Under the pieces are notes generated by a model. The model searched no databases. It was not told where the DNA came from and saw only the letters and a program-made list of their open reading frames with translations. A program made the translations under genes and the position numbers. A stretch of DNA of 64,000 nucleotides from an uncultured Pseudobdellovibrionaceae bacterium. Lineage in GTDB: Bacteria; Bdellovibrionota; FAC87; UBA2466. Where the stretch lies: assembly GCA_964396165.1 (NCBI GenBank), contig CAYNEF010000013.1, forward strand, positions 13,478 to 77,477. Reading direction: 5' to 3'. Shown here in pieces: positions 1 through 7,906 of this stretch. Within the stretch, counting starts at the first letter, position 1. Each line of letters opens with the position of its first letter.

Positions 1-921
1 AAATGTCTGTGCTTTTTTTTCGCGCTTTTGTCAGTGTACCTTTTTCGTGTTCGTGATCTTACCGGATTGTTTATTTTTGCCACACTTTTAGGGAGCATGA
101 TTCCCGCTTTCGGAGCGCTTGCGAATTTGTTTTTGATTCAAGGGACAAGTGAAAAAGATCGTTCGAAGTGGATGTGTGCGTTGCACATGGTGTATGGAGG
201 CGCGTCTTTGCTTGCGCCTCTGGTTGTTTCCGTTCTGGTTTCTAAGCACTATAGTTGGAATTCTCCGTTTCTTTTTTACCTTCCTTTCATCGCAATTACG
301 TTAGCGGCGCTTTATCTGAAACCTAAAACGAAAAACGCGGAACATGAGATTGTCGCTGAAAAGCAGGCTATTGGGCTTCCTCGAACGCAATGGTTATCCA
401 TTGCGGTTTTTTGTTTTTACGTCACTGCCGAAGTGATGGTTTCTGTTTGGATGATTAGTTATCTTAAGGAAGTAAGACAGCTGAGTTTGCAGCAAAGTGC
501 GCCTTACCTAAGCGGGTTCTTTGTCATGATGACTTTAAGTCGAGGAGTCAGTTTTTTCTCGTTGAATGAGCAGACCGAAAAAAAAATGTTGTTTGGTTGT
601 TTGCTCGTTTCAGCTTTGGGTTTATTTGCGGGATACAACGGCATGCTTTTGGGGTTTGTTTTTGCCGGCCTTTTAGGGCCCTTTTTCCCGGTTTTTCTCT
701 CACTTTGTAGCCGAAAGTTTATTGGGCATTCCAGGTCTTTTACGCTTTGGGTGCTAGCTTCTACGCAGTTTTCGCTGGGAATGCTCAATTTGATACTGGG
801 GAAAGTCAGTGACCGCTTGGGAATGGGCACGGCATACAAGATTCCGGTGTTATTACTGGGTTTTTCGCTAGTTTTGCTGAGTATTTTCTTTTTAAAAGAG
901 AAAAAAACGGCCACAGTTTGA
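1..921 (+). CDS. MFS-type transporter, C-terminal part; probably truncated at the window edge
   Basis: ORF 28..921 encodes a polytopic membrane protein with at least 6 hydrophobic helices. The reading frame stays open back to nt 1 with no stop, and 297 aa is short for an MFS transporter, so the true start probably lies upstream of the window. Confidence 0.45.
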   Translation, partial: KCLCFFFALLSVYLFRVRDLTGLFIFATLLGSMIPAFGALANLFLIQGTSEKDRSKWMCALHMVYGGASLLAPLVVSVLVSKHYSWNSPFLFYLPFIAITLAALYLKPKTKNAEHEIVAEKQAIGLPRTQWLSIAVFCFYVTAEVMVSVWMISYLKEVRQLSLQQSAPYLSGFFVMMTLSRGVSFFSLNEQTEKKMLFGCLLVSALGLFAGYNGMLLGFVFAGLLGPFFPVFLSLCSRKFIGHSRSFTLWVLASTQFSLGMLNLILGKVSDRLGMGTAYKIPVLLLGFSLVLLSIFFLKEKKTATV

Positions 922-970
922 CTGTGGGATACTTTCTTGTATTCTCTTCAAAATTCAAAGTCTTTCAGTT

Positions 971-1054
971 GCTCGCATGGCGGAATTGGTAGACGCAAGG
1001 GACTTAAAATCCCTCGGTCGCAAGGCCATCCCAGTTCGATTCTGGGTGCGAGCA
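971..1054 (+). tRNA. tRNA-Leu, anticodon TAA
   Basis: Cloverleaf read by eye. Acceptor stem GCTCGCA/TGCGAGC plus discriminator A. Anticodon arm AGGGA-CTTAAAA-TCCCT gives anticodon TAA. Long variable arm, typical of a class II Leu tRNA. T-arm CCCAGTTCGATTCTGGG. CCA is not encoded. Confidence 0.85.
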
Positions 1055-1084
1055 CTCTAAATTAAATAATTTTCAAAATATGCA

Positions 1085-1109
1085 GAGGGATTTTAAGTCC
1101 CTGCGGGAC
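1085..1109 (-). terminator. Putative terminator hairpin downstream of the response-regulator gene; contains an inverted copy of the tRNA-Leu anticodon arm
   Basis: Stem-loops agggattttaagtccct and gtccctgcgggac lie just after the minus-strand stop at 1115. On the minus strand they are followed by ctgcatattttg. Confidence 0.35.
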
Positions 1110-1114
1110 TGCCA

Positions 1115-1453
1115 TTATTTCTGTTCGAAAGAGGCGATGAAGGTTTCTAACTCGCTGAAGTCGAAAGGTTTTGAGAAGACTTTTGAGAATTTGCTGGAAG
1201 GCTTAACTGTGAGATCGCCTGTGATGAGGGCTTTGGGAATTGTGGGACTGAGTTCGCCTGCAACAACTTCCCCGGTTGTGCCCGGAAGGCGGAAATCCAA
1301 AAAAATCAAATCGGGCGGGTTTTGATTGATCGACTGTATTGCCACTTGCGGATCAGTAAAGGTTTCAATTTTAATCGTCGGACTTTCAAAGTTTTCTTTG
1401 AAGTTGATACATAAATCCGGCTCATCATCGAGATAAACGATTCTAAGCTGCAT
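1115..1453 (-). CDS. Single-domain response regulator (CheY-like receiver)
   Basis: The likely start is the internal Met (MQLRIVYLDDEPDL...). The acidic pocket DDE and the phospho-acceptor in LIFLDFRLPG are present. The start overlaps the kinase stop at 1443, indicating translational coupling. Confidence 0.75.
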   Translation of the reverse strand: MQLRIVYLDDEPDLCINFKENFESPTIKIETFTDPQVAIQSINQNPPDLIFLDFRLPGTTGEVVAGELSPTIPKALITGDLTVKPSSKFSKVFSKPFDFSELETFIASFEQK

Positions 1454-4070
1454 TTTTGAACTCCTCTGCAACGATAGGAAAGCGAATTTCAAAACAAGTG
1501 TGACGCTCATGACTTAAAAGCTCTATCGTCGCTTTGTGCTCGTCTAAGATTCCTTTGACTATCGAAAGCCCGAGGCCTGTGCCTTCTCCCACTGGTTTTG
1601 TAGTAAAGAAAGGTTGAAAAAGTTTTTTCTGAACACTTTCGGGAACTCCACTGCCTGAATCTCTAATCTGCAATACAACTGCACCACGCTCTTCAAAGAT
1701 GCTGACGCGAATCCATTTTTCGGGCAAGTTTTTCACAGCATCTACGCTGTTGTTAATCATGTTAACAAAAATTTGCTCCATTTCCACTTCGTCGCATAGT
1801 ACTTGTTTGTCTGTGCGGCAATCTACTGCAATGGGTGTGAAATATTTTTTTGCCTTCGACTCCGTTAAGATTAACGATTCATTTAAAATCGCTCCTAGAG
1901 AGTGCAGCTTATGCTCGTTCTTGTCGGAGCTTCTGGAAAACTTTTTGAGCCCACTGACAATTTTTGCAATTCTATTTGAAGCTTTTTCTATCGTTTCGAC
2001 TTTTGCTTTCAGTTTATCCGGGTCATTTGCAAACTTTGGAAGTAAGCGCACGGTTCCAAGGATGATTGTAACTGGATTATTGATTTCGTGTGCAATCCCA
2101 GCTGACATCTCGCCCAAGGAAGCGAGTTTTGCGCTTCGCAAGCTTTTTGTTCTTTCCAAGTCGAATGCTTCTTTTGCCTTAATTTCTTCCGTGATGTCAT
2201 TGGAAATTCCAATAAGCAAATGAGGGCTCCCATTTTCTTCATAAATGGGTACTTTTTGTGTAGATAATATCCGTTTACCTTTAGGAGTGGATATTTCCTC
2301 TTGAGCAATTTTTAAAATGGAATGGCTTTCAAATACTGCCTTGTCTTTTTGCGTAAAGAAATCGGCCTGTTCTTTGGGGAAAAGATCATAGTCTGATTTG
2401 CCTACTAATTCAGACTGTTTCAATCCGAGTAACTCTTCCCCCGCTTTATTGAACAAGGAAAATCTTAGACCTTTTGTGTAGTCTTTTACGAAAATCATAG
2501 AGGGGACATTTTGTAAAACCACATCCAATAGTCTCGATACTTCGGCGCCTTTGTGTTCTGCTTCTTTTTCAGCTGTAATATCAAAACGAATGGCTACATA
2601 GCGAGATACTTTTTTATCCGATCCGATCAATGGCGTAATCACCGTTCTTACCCAATAGAGCTCACCATTTTTGCGGCGGTTTTGAATATCCCCAGTCCAA
2701 GATTGTCCAGAGGAAATTGTTTTCCACATTTTAGCAAAAAATTCATTTTTGTGGGTTTTTGAATTTAAAATGCGGTGGTTTTTACCAATAAGTTCTTCTT
2801 TTGAATAACCAGAGATTTTGCAGAAATTATCGTTCACTTCTGTGATTGTTCCCGCTGCATCCGTATATGCAACAATCGCTGTTTCATTTAAAGCTGTTAG
2901 AACTTGTTTAAAACCTTCCTCTGTTTTTCTTGTCTCTGTGATATCTCTGCCAATCGCAAAAAGATCTCCAGTTTGTGTATTCGGCTGACAGTGCCATGAG
3001 ATCAACCTGTATTCGCCTGATTTACATCGGTAGCGGTTTTCAAAGTTTAGAAGGAGAACCCCTTTAGCAAGATTCTCTACCACCTTCATCGTCGCTTCTA
3101 CATCGTCAGGGTGAATGAAGTTTAGGAACTTTTCTGAGAGTAATTCTTTTTCAGTATAGCCAAGTATATTTTTAAAACTGGGATTCACTCGCTTAAAATA
3201 CCCGTCTGTATTGGCAATGCAGATAAGATCTAAAGAAGCTGAAAAAATATCATCGATTTGGTTTTTGTTTTGTACTGTTTCAGTGAGATCTGCAAAAGTA
3301 ACTAGTACCTGTCTTTCAGAGTCTTTATTCAAGTAAGGGGTAGCATTAACTTGTACCCAGCGGATAGGACGGTCCTGTATATGTACGCCCATCAATGTTC
3401 CAACCACTTTTTTTCCAGTTTTTAGAGCGATGGAAGAAGGGTGTTCTTCACCACGTAGAGGAGTTCCATCAGCTCGTGTTGCTTTCCAAAGCGGATCCAT
3501 GGAAGTTTTTCCTAGTAACTGATCTGCCGTTAGACCCAGAATTTTCAATGCTGATTGGTTATATTGGATGACCTGTCCATGGTTGTTATGCACAACCATA
3601 CCTTCATTCATTGTTTCAAAAACCAAATTTGTTTTACTTTCACGATCATGTATTTCTGTAATATCAGTCACGTTGACAAAAAAACCTCTGACTTTACCTT
3701 TTACGATATCGGGAATGTATTTTGCCAAAGTATGTTTGTAGCCATTATGAACAGGAGATGGAATGTTGCGCTCGAAAGTTTGAGCTTCTCCTTTTAACAC
3801 TGCTTCAATATAGGGCAAATTAGCTGCATAAATCGTTGGTCCAAGAAGCTCTTTAATATGTTTTCCTAAAATTTGTTTCGGAGTCTTGCCAAAGAAGTTG
3901 GAGTACGCGGAGTTTGCGTGCAGGTTGATCAAATTTTTGTCCCAATAGCCAATCATACTGGGCAAGTTATCAATTATTTTAGCAAGATCAGCTTGTCTGT
4001 TTTTACGAACTACTTTTCGCTTTTTCGAATTTCTTTTTTTTAACTTCGACATACCCTTACTTATCGACAT
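1443..4070 (-). CDS. Multi-PAS sensor histidine kinase
   Basis: 875 aa with at least 4 PAS/PAC-like modules. H-box AHEINNPVTII, N/G boxes NLPEK...GSGVPE and [12 protein letters not shown]. No obvious transmembrane segment, so probably cytoplasmic. Confidence 0.85.
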   Translation of the reverse strand: MSISKGMSKLKKRNSKKRKVVRKNRQADLAKIIDNLPSMIGYWDKNLINLHANSAYSNFFGKTPKQILGKHIKELLGPTIYAANLPYIEAVLKGEAQTFERNIPSPVHNGYKHTLAKYIPDIVKGKVRGFFVNVTDITEIHDRESKTNLVFETMNEGMVVHNNHGQVIQYNQSALKILGLTADQLLGKTSMDPLWKATRADGTPLRGEEHPSSIALKTGKKVVGTLMGVHIQDRPIRWVQVNATPYLNKDSERQVLVTFADLTETVQNKNQIDDIFSASLDLICIANTDGYFKRVNPSFKNILGYTEKELLSEKFLNFIHPDDVEATMKVVENLAKGVLLLNFENRYRCKSGEYRLISWHCQPNTQTGDLFAIGRDITETRKTEEGFKQVLTALNETAIVAYTDAAGTITEVNDNFCKISGYSKEELIGKNHRILNSKTHKNEFFAKMWKTISSGQSWTGDIQNRRKNGELYWVRTVITPLIGSDKKVSRYVAIRFDITAEKEAEHKGAEVSRLLDVVLQNVPSMIFVKDYTKGLRFSLFNKAGEELLGLKQSELVGKSDYDLFPKEQADFFTQKDKAVFESHSILKIAQEEISTPKGKRILSTQKVPIYEENGSPHLLIGISNDITEEIKAKEAFDLERTKSLRSAKLASLGEMSAGIAHEINNPVTIILGTVRLLPKFANDPDKLKAKVETIEKASNRIAKIVSGLKKFSRSSDKNEHKLHSLGAILNESLILTESKAKKYFTPIAVDCRTDKQVLCDEVEMEQIFVNMINNSVDAVKNLPEKWIRVSIFEERGAVVLQIRDSGSGVPESVQKKLFQPFFTTKPVGEGTGLGLSIVKGILDEHKATIELLSHERHTCFEIRFPIVAEEFKNAA

Positions 4071-4117
4071 GTTAAGTGGGCATCTTGATGGGCAATTGGG
4101 GGGGGATCTTCACAATT

Positions 4118-4903
4118 TCATTCGCCAAGAGGCGCAATGGGGACAAAAACCTGGGAAGTAGAGATGGGAATAGCCTGAACATTAGGATCAAAGAAACGCT
4201 GCATCGTCATTTCTGTTTGGGGATTATGCTTTGCAACAATGTCGGTGCAGGTGCCAGTAAAAATATAGGTGTTGTTTTTATTTTCGGCTTTCATGCCAAA
4301 CAGCGTCGCCAGATCAGAAATGACTGCGTCCATTTCTTTGGGAACGCCTCTGCCGCCTTCGTTAAAACTCCAATCGACAAGTTTGTTCGCACATTCACCG
4401 GGGATAAGATAGCTTAAGGATCCGCCCGTTTGTTGTTTGATTTCTTTTAAAAGATCTCTTAACGGAACGGACTGCGCTTCAATCGATACAATTTTATTTC
4501 GAGAATCATTTAAGACTACTTCCAAATACCCATTCATCGGTTCAGAGAGAGAAGCACGGTAAAACATGGATTTGCCACGCGCGCGTACTTTGCCGTTGAG
4601 ATGTTCGATTGCTTGTGCAATCGCCGCTTTGAAAGGAGAACGCAAATCTTCCTGATCCGTCATAATCAAGATGACTTCATTTCCACTGGTGCGTACATCG
4701 ACACGCTTGCCGCGCATCTCGGGAAAGGCGCTTAAACTCTGATCCATTTGCTGCATAACGAGTCTTTGTGATCTGAGTAACAACTCAGGCGATCCTTCTT
4801 GGATTGCCATCTGCATGGAAGAGATAAAATGCGGTTTTGCCGTACCTGCTATTGCAAGAGAAGTAAGGAACACTAAGGGACTGTATTTAAATAATACGTT
4901 CAT
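4118..4903 (-). CDS. Secreted hypothetical protein within the sigma/anti-sigma/two-component operon
   Basis: N-terminal signal peptide MNVLFKYSPLVFLTSLAIAGTA. The ATGA start overlaps the anti-sigma stop. No recognisable catalytic motif. Confidence 0.4.
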   Translation of the reverse strand: MNVLFKYSPLVFLTSLAIAGTAKPHFISSMQMAIQEGSPELLLRSQRLVMQQMDQSLSAFPEMRGKRVDVRTSGNEVILIMTDQEDLRSPFKAAIAQAIEHLNGKVRARGKSMFYRASLSEPMNGYLEVVLNDSRNKIVSIEAQSVPLRDLLKEIKQQTGGSLSYLIPGECANKLVDWSFNEGGRGVPKEMDAVISDLATLFGMKAENKNNTYIFTGTCTDIVAKHNPQTEMTMQRFFDPNVQAIPISTSQVFVPIAPLGE

Positions 4904-5418
4904 CTGCCTGTACCTGATGTTTCAAACTCCACTGTTTGCAGGAGTTCTGGTTTCATGTACTGCACTTTGACCCGGTTTTTTTCTTCCATTCGGATCTGTG
5001 CATAGGGAACCTGGCTGCTATTTTCAGAAGCAAATTCGTTATTGTTATTTTTCGATTGTGAAAGTGCTACAAAAAATACGATGAGAAGAAGTCCAACGCC
5101 CACGGCTCCTCTGAAAAGCCAGTTGCTGGCTGTTTGATTCTGTCTGGATGGGGATTCGGTATTTCCCAACTTCCAGCCTTTTAAAATCAGCGTCTCATCC
5201 TGCTTTAATCGGGAATAAACTTTGATAAGAGAAGAAGTGATTTCTGGTTCAGGTTTAAAATACGCGTTCCATTTTTTTTGAACCGTATCGGCCTGTTCCT
5301 GGCAGCGGTTACAGGTTTTTAGGTGCAGCGAAAGAAGCAAGCGATCTTTTAAACCCACTTCTTGCGGGATGGTAACAAACTCAAGCAAGAGTTCTTGATT
5401 AGGACAATTCAGGAACAT
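4900..5418 (-). CDS. Anti-sigma factor, zf-HC2 type, single-pass membrane protein
   Basis: N-terminal C-x-x-...-H-x3-C-x2-C pattern (CPNQ...HLKTCNRCQ). Transmembrane helix GAVGVGLLLIVFFVAL. Lies directly downstream of the ECF sigma gene and overlaps it. Confidence 0.65.
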   Translation of the reverse strand: MFLNCPNQELLLEFVTIPQEVGLKDRLLLSLHLKTCNRCQEQADTVQKKWNAYFKPEPEITSSLIKVYSRLKQDETLILKGWKLGNTESPSRQNQTASNWLFRGAVGVGLLLIVFFVALSQSKNNNNEFASENSSQVPYAQIRMEEKNRVKVQYMKPELLQTVEFETSGTGR

Positions 5419-5983
5419 AATCCCCTCCTAACCCAGGCATTAAATTTTCTTTGAACATTTCCAGAAGTGATTTTTTCGCTCTCACATACGCTTGTCTGGA
5501 TGCCTGTTCTGTAATGCCGACACGATCGGCGACTTCTTTGTGTGAGAGGCCCAATGCGTCTCTTAACCAGATAATTTCTGAATCTTTTTCATTTAAAGAG
5601 GACATGGCAATTGCAAGTTCGCGCATTTCAACGGCACTTTCTGTTCGGTGCATGGAAGCGATTTGAAATTGCACATCTTCCAAAGGCACCTGGTGTTTCG
5701 AACCTTCAGGGGCGCGTGCGACTTTATCGATGAGACAGTTTTTTACGATTCTTAATAAGTAAGATTGTACCGAAATGGATTCGAGCGATTCGATCTTATC
5801 GAGGTTCACGAGAAAGCGCACAAAAGACTCTTGCATGATGTCTTCTGAAAGTTCTCTATTTCCATTCGTTTTCCACATAAGAAATTTAAATAGGCCTGGG
5901 GAAGTTTTCTCGTACAACGGTAAAAAGGCAGATTGATCTCCTGCTCTAAGCCTTTCCACCCAATTTCCAAGTTTATTTCCCAT
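5399..5983 (-). CDS. ECF-family RNA polymerase sigma factor (sigma-70 regions 2 and 4)
   Basis: Region 2 (FLVNLDKIESLE...) and the region 4 helix-turn-helix (LSHKEVADRVGITEQASRQAYVRAKKSL). The start is likely the internal Met (MGNKLGNWVERL...), whereas the ORF track extends to 6091. Confidence 0.8.
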   Translation of the reverse strand: MGNKLGNWVERLRAGDQSAFLPLYEKTSPGLFKFLMWKTNGNRELSEDIMQESFVRFLVNLDKIESLESISVQSYLLRIVKNCLIDKVARAPEGSKHQVPLEDVQFQIASMHRTESAVEMRELAIAMSSLNEKDSEIIWLRDALGLSHKEVADRVGITEQASRQAYVRAKKSLLEMFKENLMPGLGGDYVPELS

Positions 5984-6662
5984 GCTCAACCTGATAGACG
6001 TAACCTCGATGAATAATGTGACATACGAGACACACAAACGTGGAGTTTTTTTTGATTTAGACGGCACTTTAGTAAACACGCTTCCCGACATCGCCGGAAA
6101 TTTAAATCAAGTGCGTGCCCATTTTGGTCTTAAGTTATTGAATTCAAACGAAATTATTGGAAATATCGGCAAAGGCATCGAGCATTTGATACGCCACTGT
6201 TTCCCGGAATTAGACGCATCGAATCGGGAAGAAGGCTTGCGCGTGATGATGAAATTTTACGTGGAAAAACCTTACCACGGGGGAAATCTGTATCCCCAAG
6301 TACTCGAAGTTTTGAACCACTTTATCTCGAAGGGATTTACAGTCGGGATCGTAACCAATAAACCTACACAGGCTGCCATCAGTACAGTGAACCATTATTT
6401 CCCCGATTTTCCGTTCAAACTCATCTATGGTCCAGAAAAAGTGAGTGCGAAGAAGCCTGATCCGAGGCATTTATTGGAAGCGATTTCGTATTGTGGCCTT
6501 ACTCCCCAAAACTGTTATTACGTTGGGGATGACGAAGTGGATTTCCTCACAGCCGATTCCGCAAAAGTTCCCTTTTTGGGTGCAGGTTGGGGCTTTGGCA
6601 GTGTCGCAAAGACACCCGGCAAAATCCTACAAAATTTCAGCGACTTAACGACGCATATCTAA
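5982..6662 (+). CDS. HAD-IA family hydrolase (phosphoglycolate phosphatase-like)
   Basis: Motif I FFDLDGTLVNT, motif II VGIVTNK, motif IV YYVGDDEVD. The true start may be the Met at about 6009 (MNNVTYE...). Confidence 0.7.
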   Translation: MLNLIDVTSMNNVTYETHKRGVFFDLDGTLVNTLPDIAGNLNQVRAHFGLKLLNSNEIIGNIGKGIEHLIRHCFPELDASNREEGLRVMMKFYVEKPYHGGNLYPQVLEVLNHFISKGFTVGIVTNKPTQAAISTVNHYFPDFPFKLIYGPEKVSAKKPDPRHLLEAISYCGLTPQNCYYVGDDEVDFLTADSAKVPFLGAGWGFGSVAKTPGKILQNFSDLTTHI

Positions 6663-6697
6663 AAACAGTCTTTGTAAAAGGTACTGTATATCTAAAA

Positions 6698-6782
6698 GGT
6701 ACGGCATTCCTTTCGTGAATTTGCGCTCCCCTATAAACCCATTATTTAAGGGAGCACAAATTCACGAAAGGAATGCCGTACC
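6698..6782. terminator. 85-nt near-perfect hairpin with a 33-bp stem; bidirectional terminator-like or palindromic element
   Basis: ggtacggcattcctttcgtgaatttgcgctccc ... gggagcacaaattcacgaaaggaatgccgtacc, with one mismatch and a 19-nt loop. Flanked by AAAA on the 5' side and TTTT on the 3' side. Confidence 0.5.
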
Positions 6783-6835
6783 TTTTGAAGAAAGTACCTT
6801 TTAAATGCGGTTTGGGGTATAACGCGGCTTCTCAA

Positions 6836-7903
6836 ATGGAAACGCAAAAAAAAGAAATTATTAAGGGGCTTCCGATAGAGGAGCTCGAAGCAAAAATGGT
6901 GGCGATTGGCCAGCCTGCGTTTCGTGGCCGCCAACTTTTCAGCTGGATCTATTCCAAAAGAGAAGCGGATTTTTCCAAGATGACGGACATGAATAAAGAA
7001 TTCCGCGCATACTTGAATGAAAAGTACGAACTTCCAACGATCAAGGTTGTAGAAGAACAACATTCTTCCGATGGCACTGCGAAGTATCTCGTGCAGCTTG
7101 CGGATGGCGAAAAAGTTGAATCCGTTTTTATTCCTTCTGAAGACAGAGCAACTTTGTGCGTTTCTACCCAAGTCGGCTGCAAAATGGCGTGCACATTTTG
7201 CGCGACGGGATATCAAAAATTTACGAGAGATTTAAAAGCGTGGGAAATTGTCGAGCAACTCACAAGTATCCAATTTCCCAAACCTGTGACCAACATCGTG
7301 ATGATGGGAATGGGCGAGCCCTTTGATAACTACGATGAAGTTATCAAGGCACTGAAAATTTTACAGCACCCGATGGGTGTGGCTTTGGGGAAACGCCATA
7401 TTACTGTTTCCACAGTCGGCTTAAACCACAACATTAGTCGCTTTGTAGATGCAAATTTAGGAAAGCTTGCGATTTCACTTCACGGAACGACAGATGAGCA
7501 GCGCTCGAAGCTCATGCCGATCAATAAAAAATATCCTATCAAGTCTTTGATGGATGTATGTCGCAATTTAAATTTCAAAGGCAAACTTAGAGTAACTTTT
7601 GAATACATTCTTTTTGCAGGGCTGAATGACAGTGATGAAGATGCGTACCGCTTGATTGAACTTGTAAAAGGCATTCCCAATAAAATTAACCTGCTTGCTT
7701 ACAACGAAAATGATTTTATTGATTTTAAGCGCCCCTCTGAAGAGCGTATTTTGCGTTTTCAAAATATTCTTTTGGCTCATAACCTGACTGCGACTTATCG
7801 CCGTAGCCGCGGCCGCGACATTGCTGCTGCTTGCGGACAATTAAAAACCCTGAAAACAAAACGTCCGGCGCCAGTAGTGACTGGCACTGAAACGATTCAC
7901 TAG
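6836..7903 (+). CDS. rlmN: 23S rRNA (adenine2503-C2)-methyltransferase RlmN (radical SAM)
   Basis: C-x3-C-x2-C cluster CKMACTFCATG. MGMGEP motif. C-terminal ...AAACGQL. The start is chosen at the Met after the hairpin (METQKK...), whereas the ORF track starts at 6773 inside the hairpin. Confidence 0.9.
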   Translation: METQKKEIIKGLPIEELEAKMVAIGQPAFRGRQLFSWIYSKREADFSKMTDMNKEFRAYLNEKYELPTIKVVEEQHSSDGTAKYLVQLADGEKVESVFIPSEDRATLCVSTQVGCKMACTFCATGYQKFTRDLKAWEIVEQLTSIQFPKPVTNIVMMGMGEPFDNYDEVIKALKILQHPMGVALGKRHITVSTVGLNHNISRFVDANLGKLAISLHGTTDEQRSKLMPINKKYPIKSLMDVCRNLNFKGKLRVTFEYILFAGLNDSDEDAYRLIELVKGIPNKINLLAYNENDFIDFKRPSEERILRFQNILLAHNLTATYRRSRGRDIAAACGQLKTLKTKRPAPVVTGTETIH

Positions 7904-7906
7904 AAA

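Noticed and set aside
1080-1325. Plus-strand 81-aa ORF overlapping the response-regulator gene
   Set aside because: It lies antisense to a receiver domain with clear motifs. It spans the terminator hairpin and has no independent support.
5981-5984. Apparent divergent overlap of start codons (CATG) between the ECF sigma gene and the HAD hydrolase gene
   Set aside because: This is most likely a consequence of the ORF caller taking the first ATG. The HAD motif I position suggests that the real start is about 6009, leaving a short divergent promoter region. It is not a special overlap.
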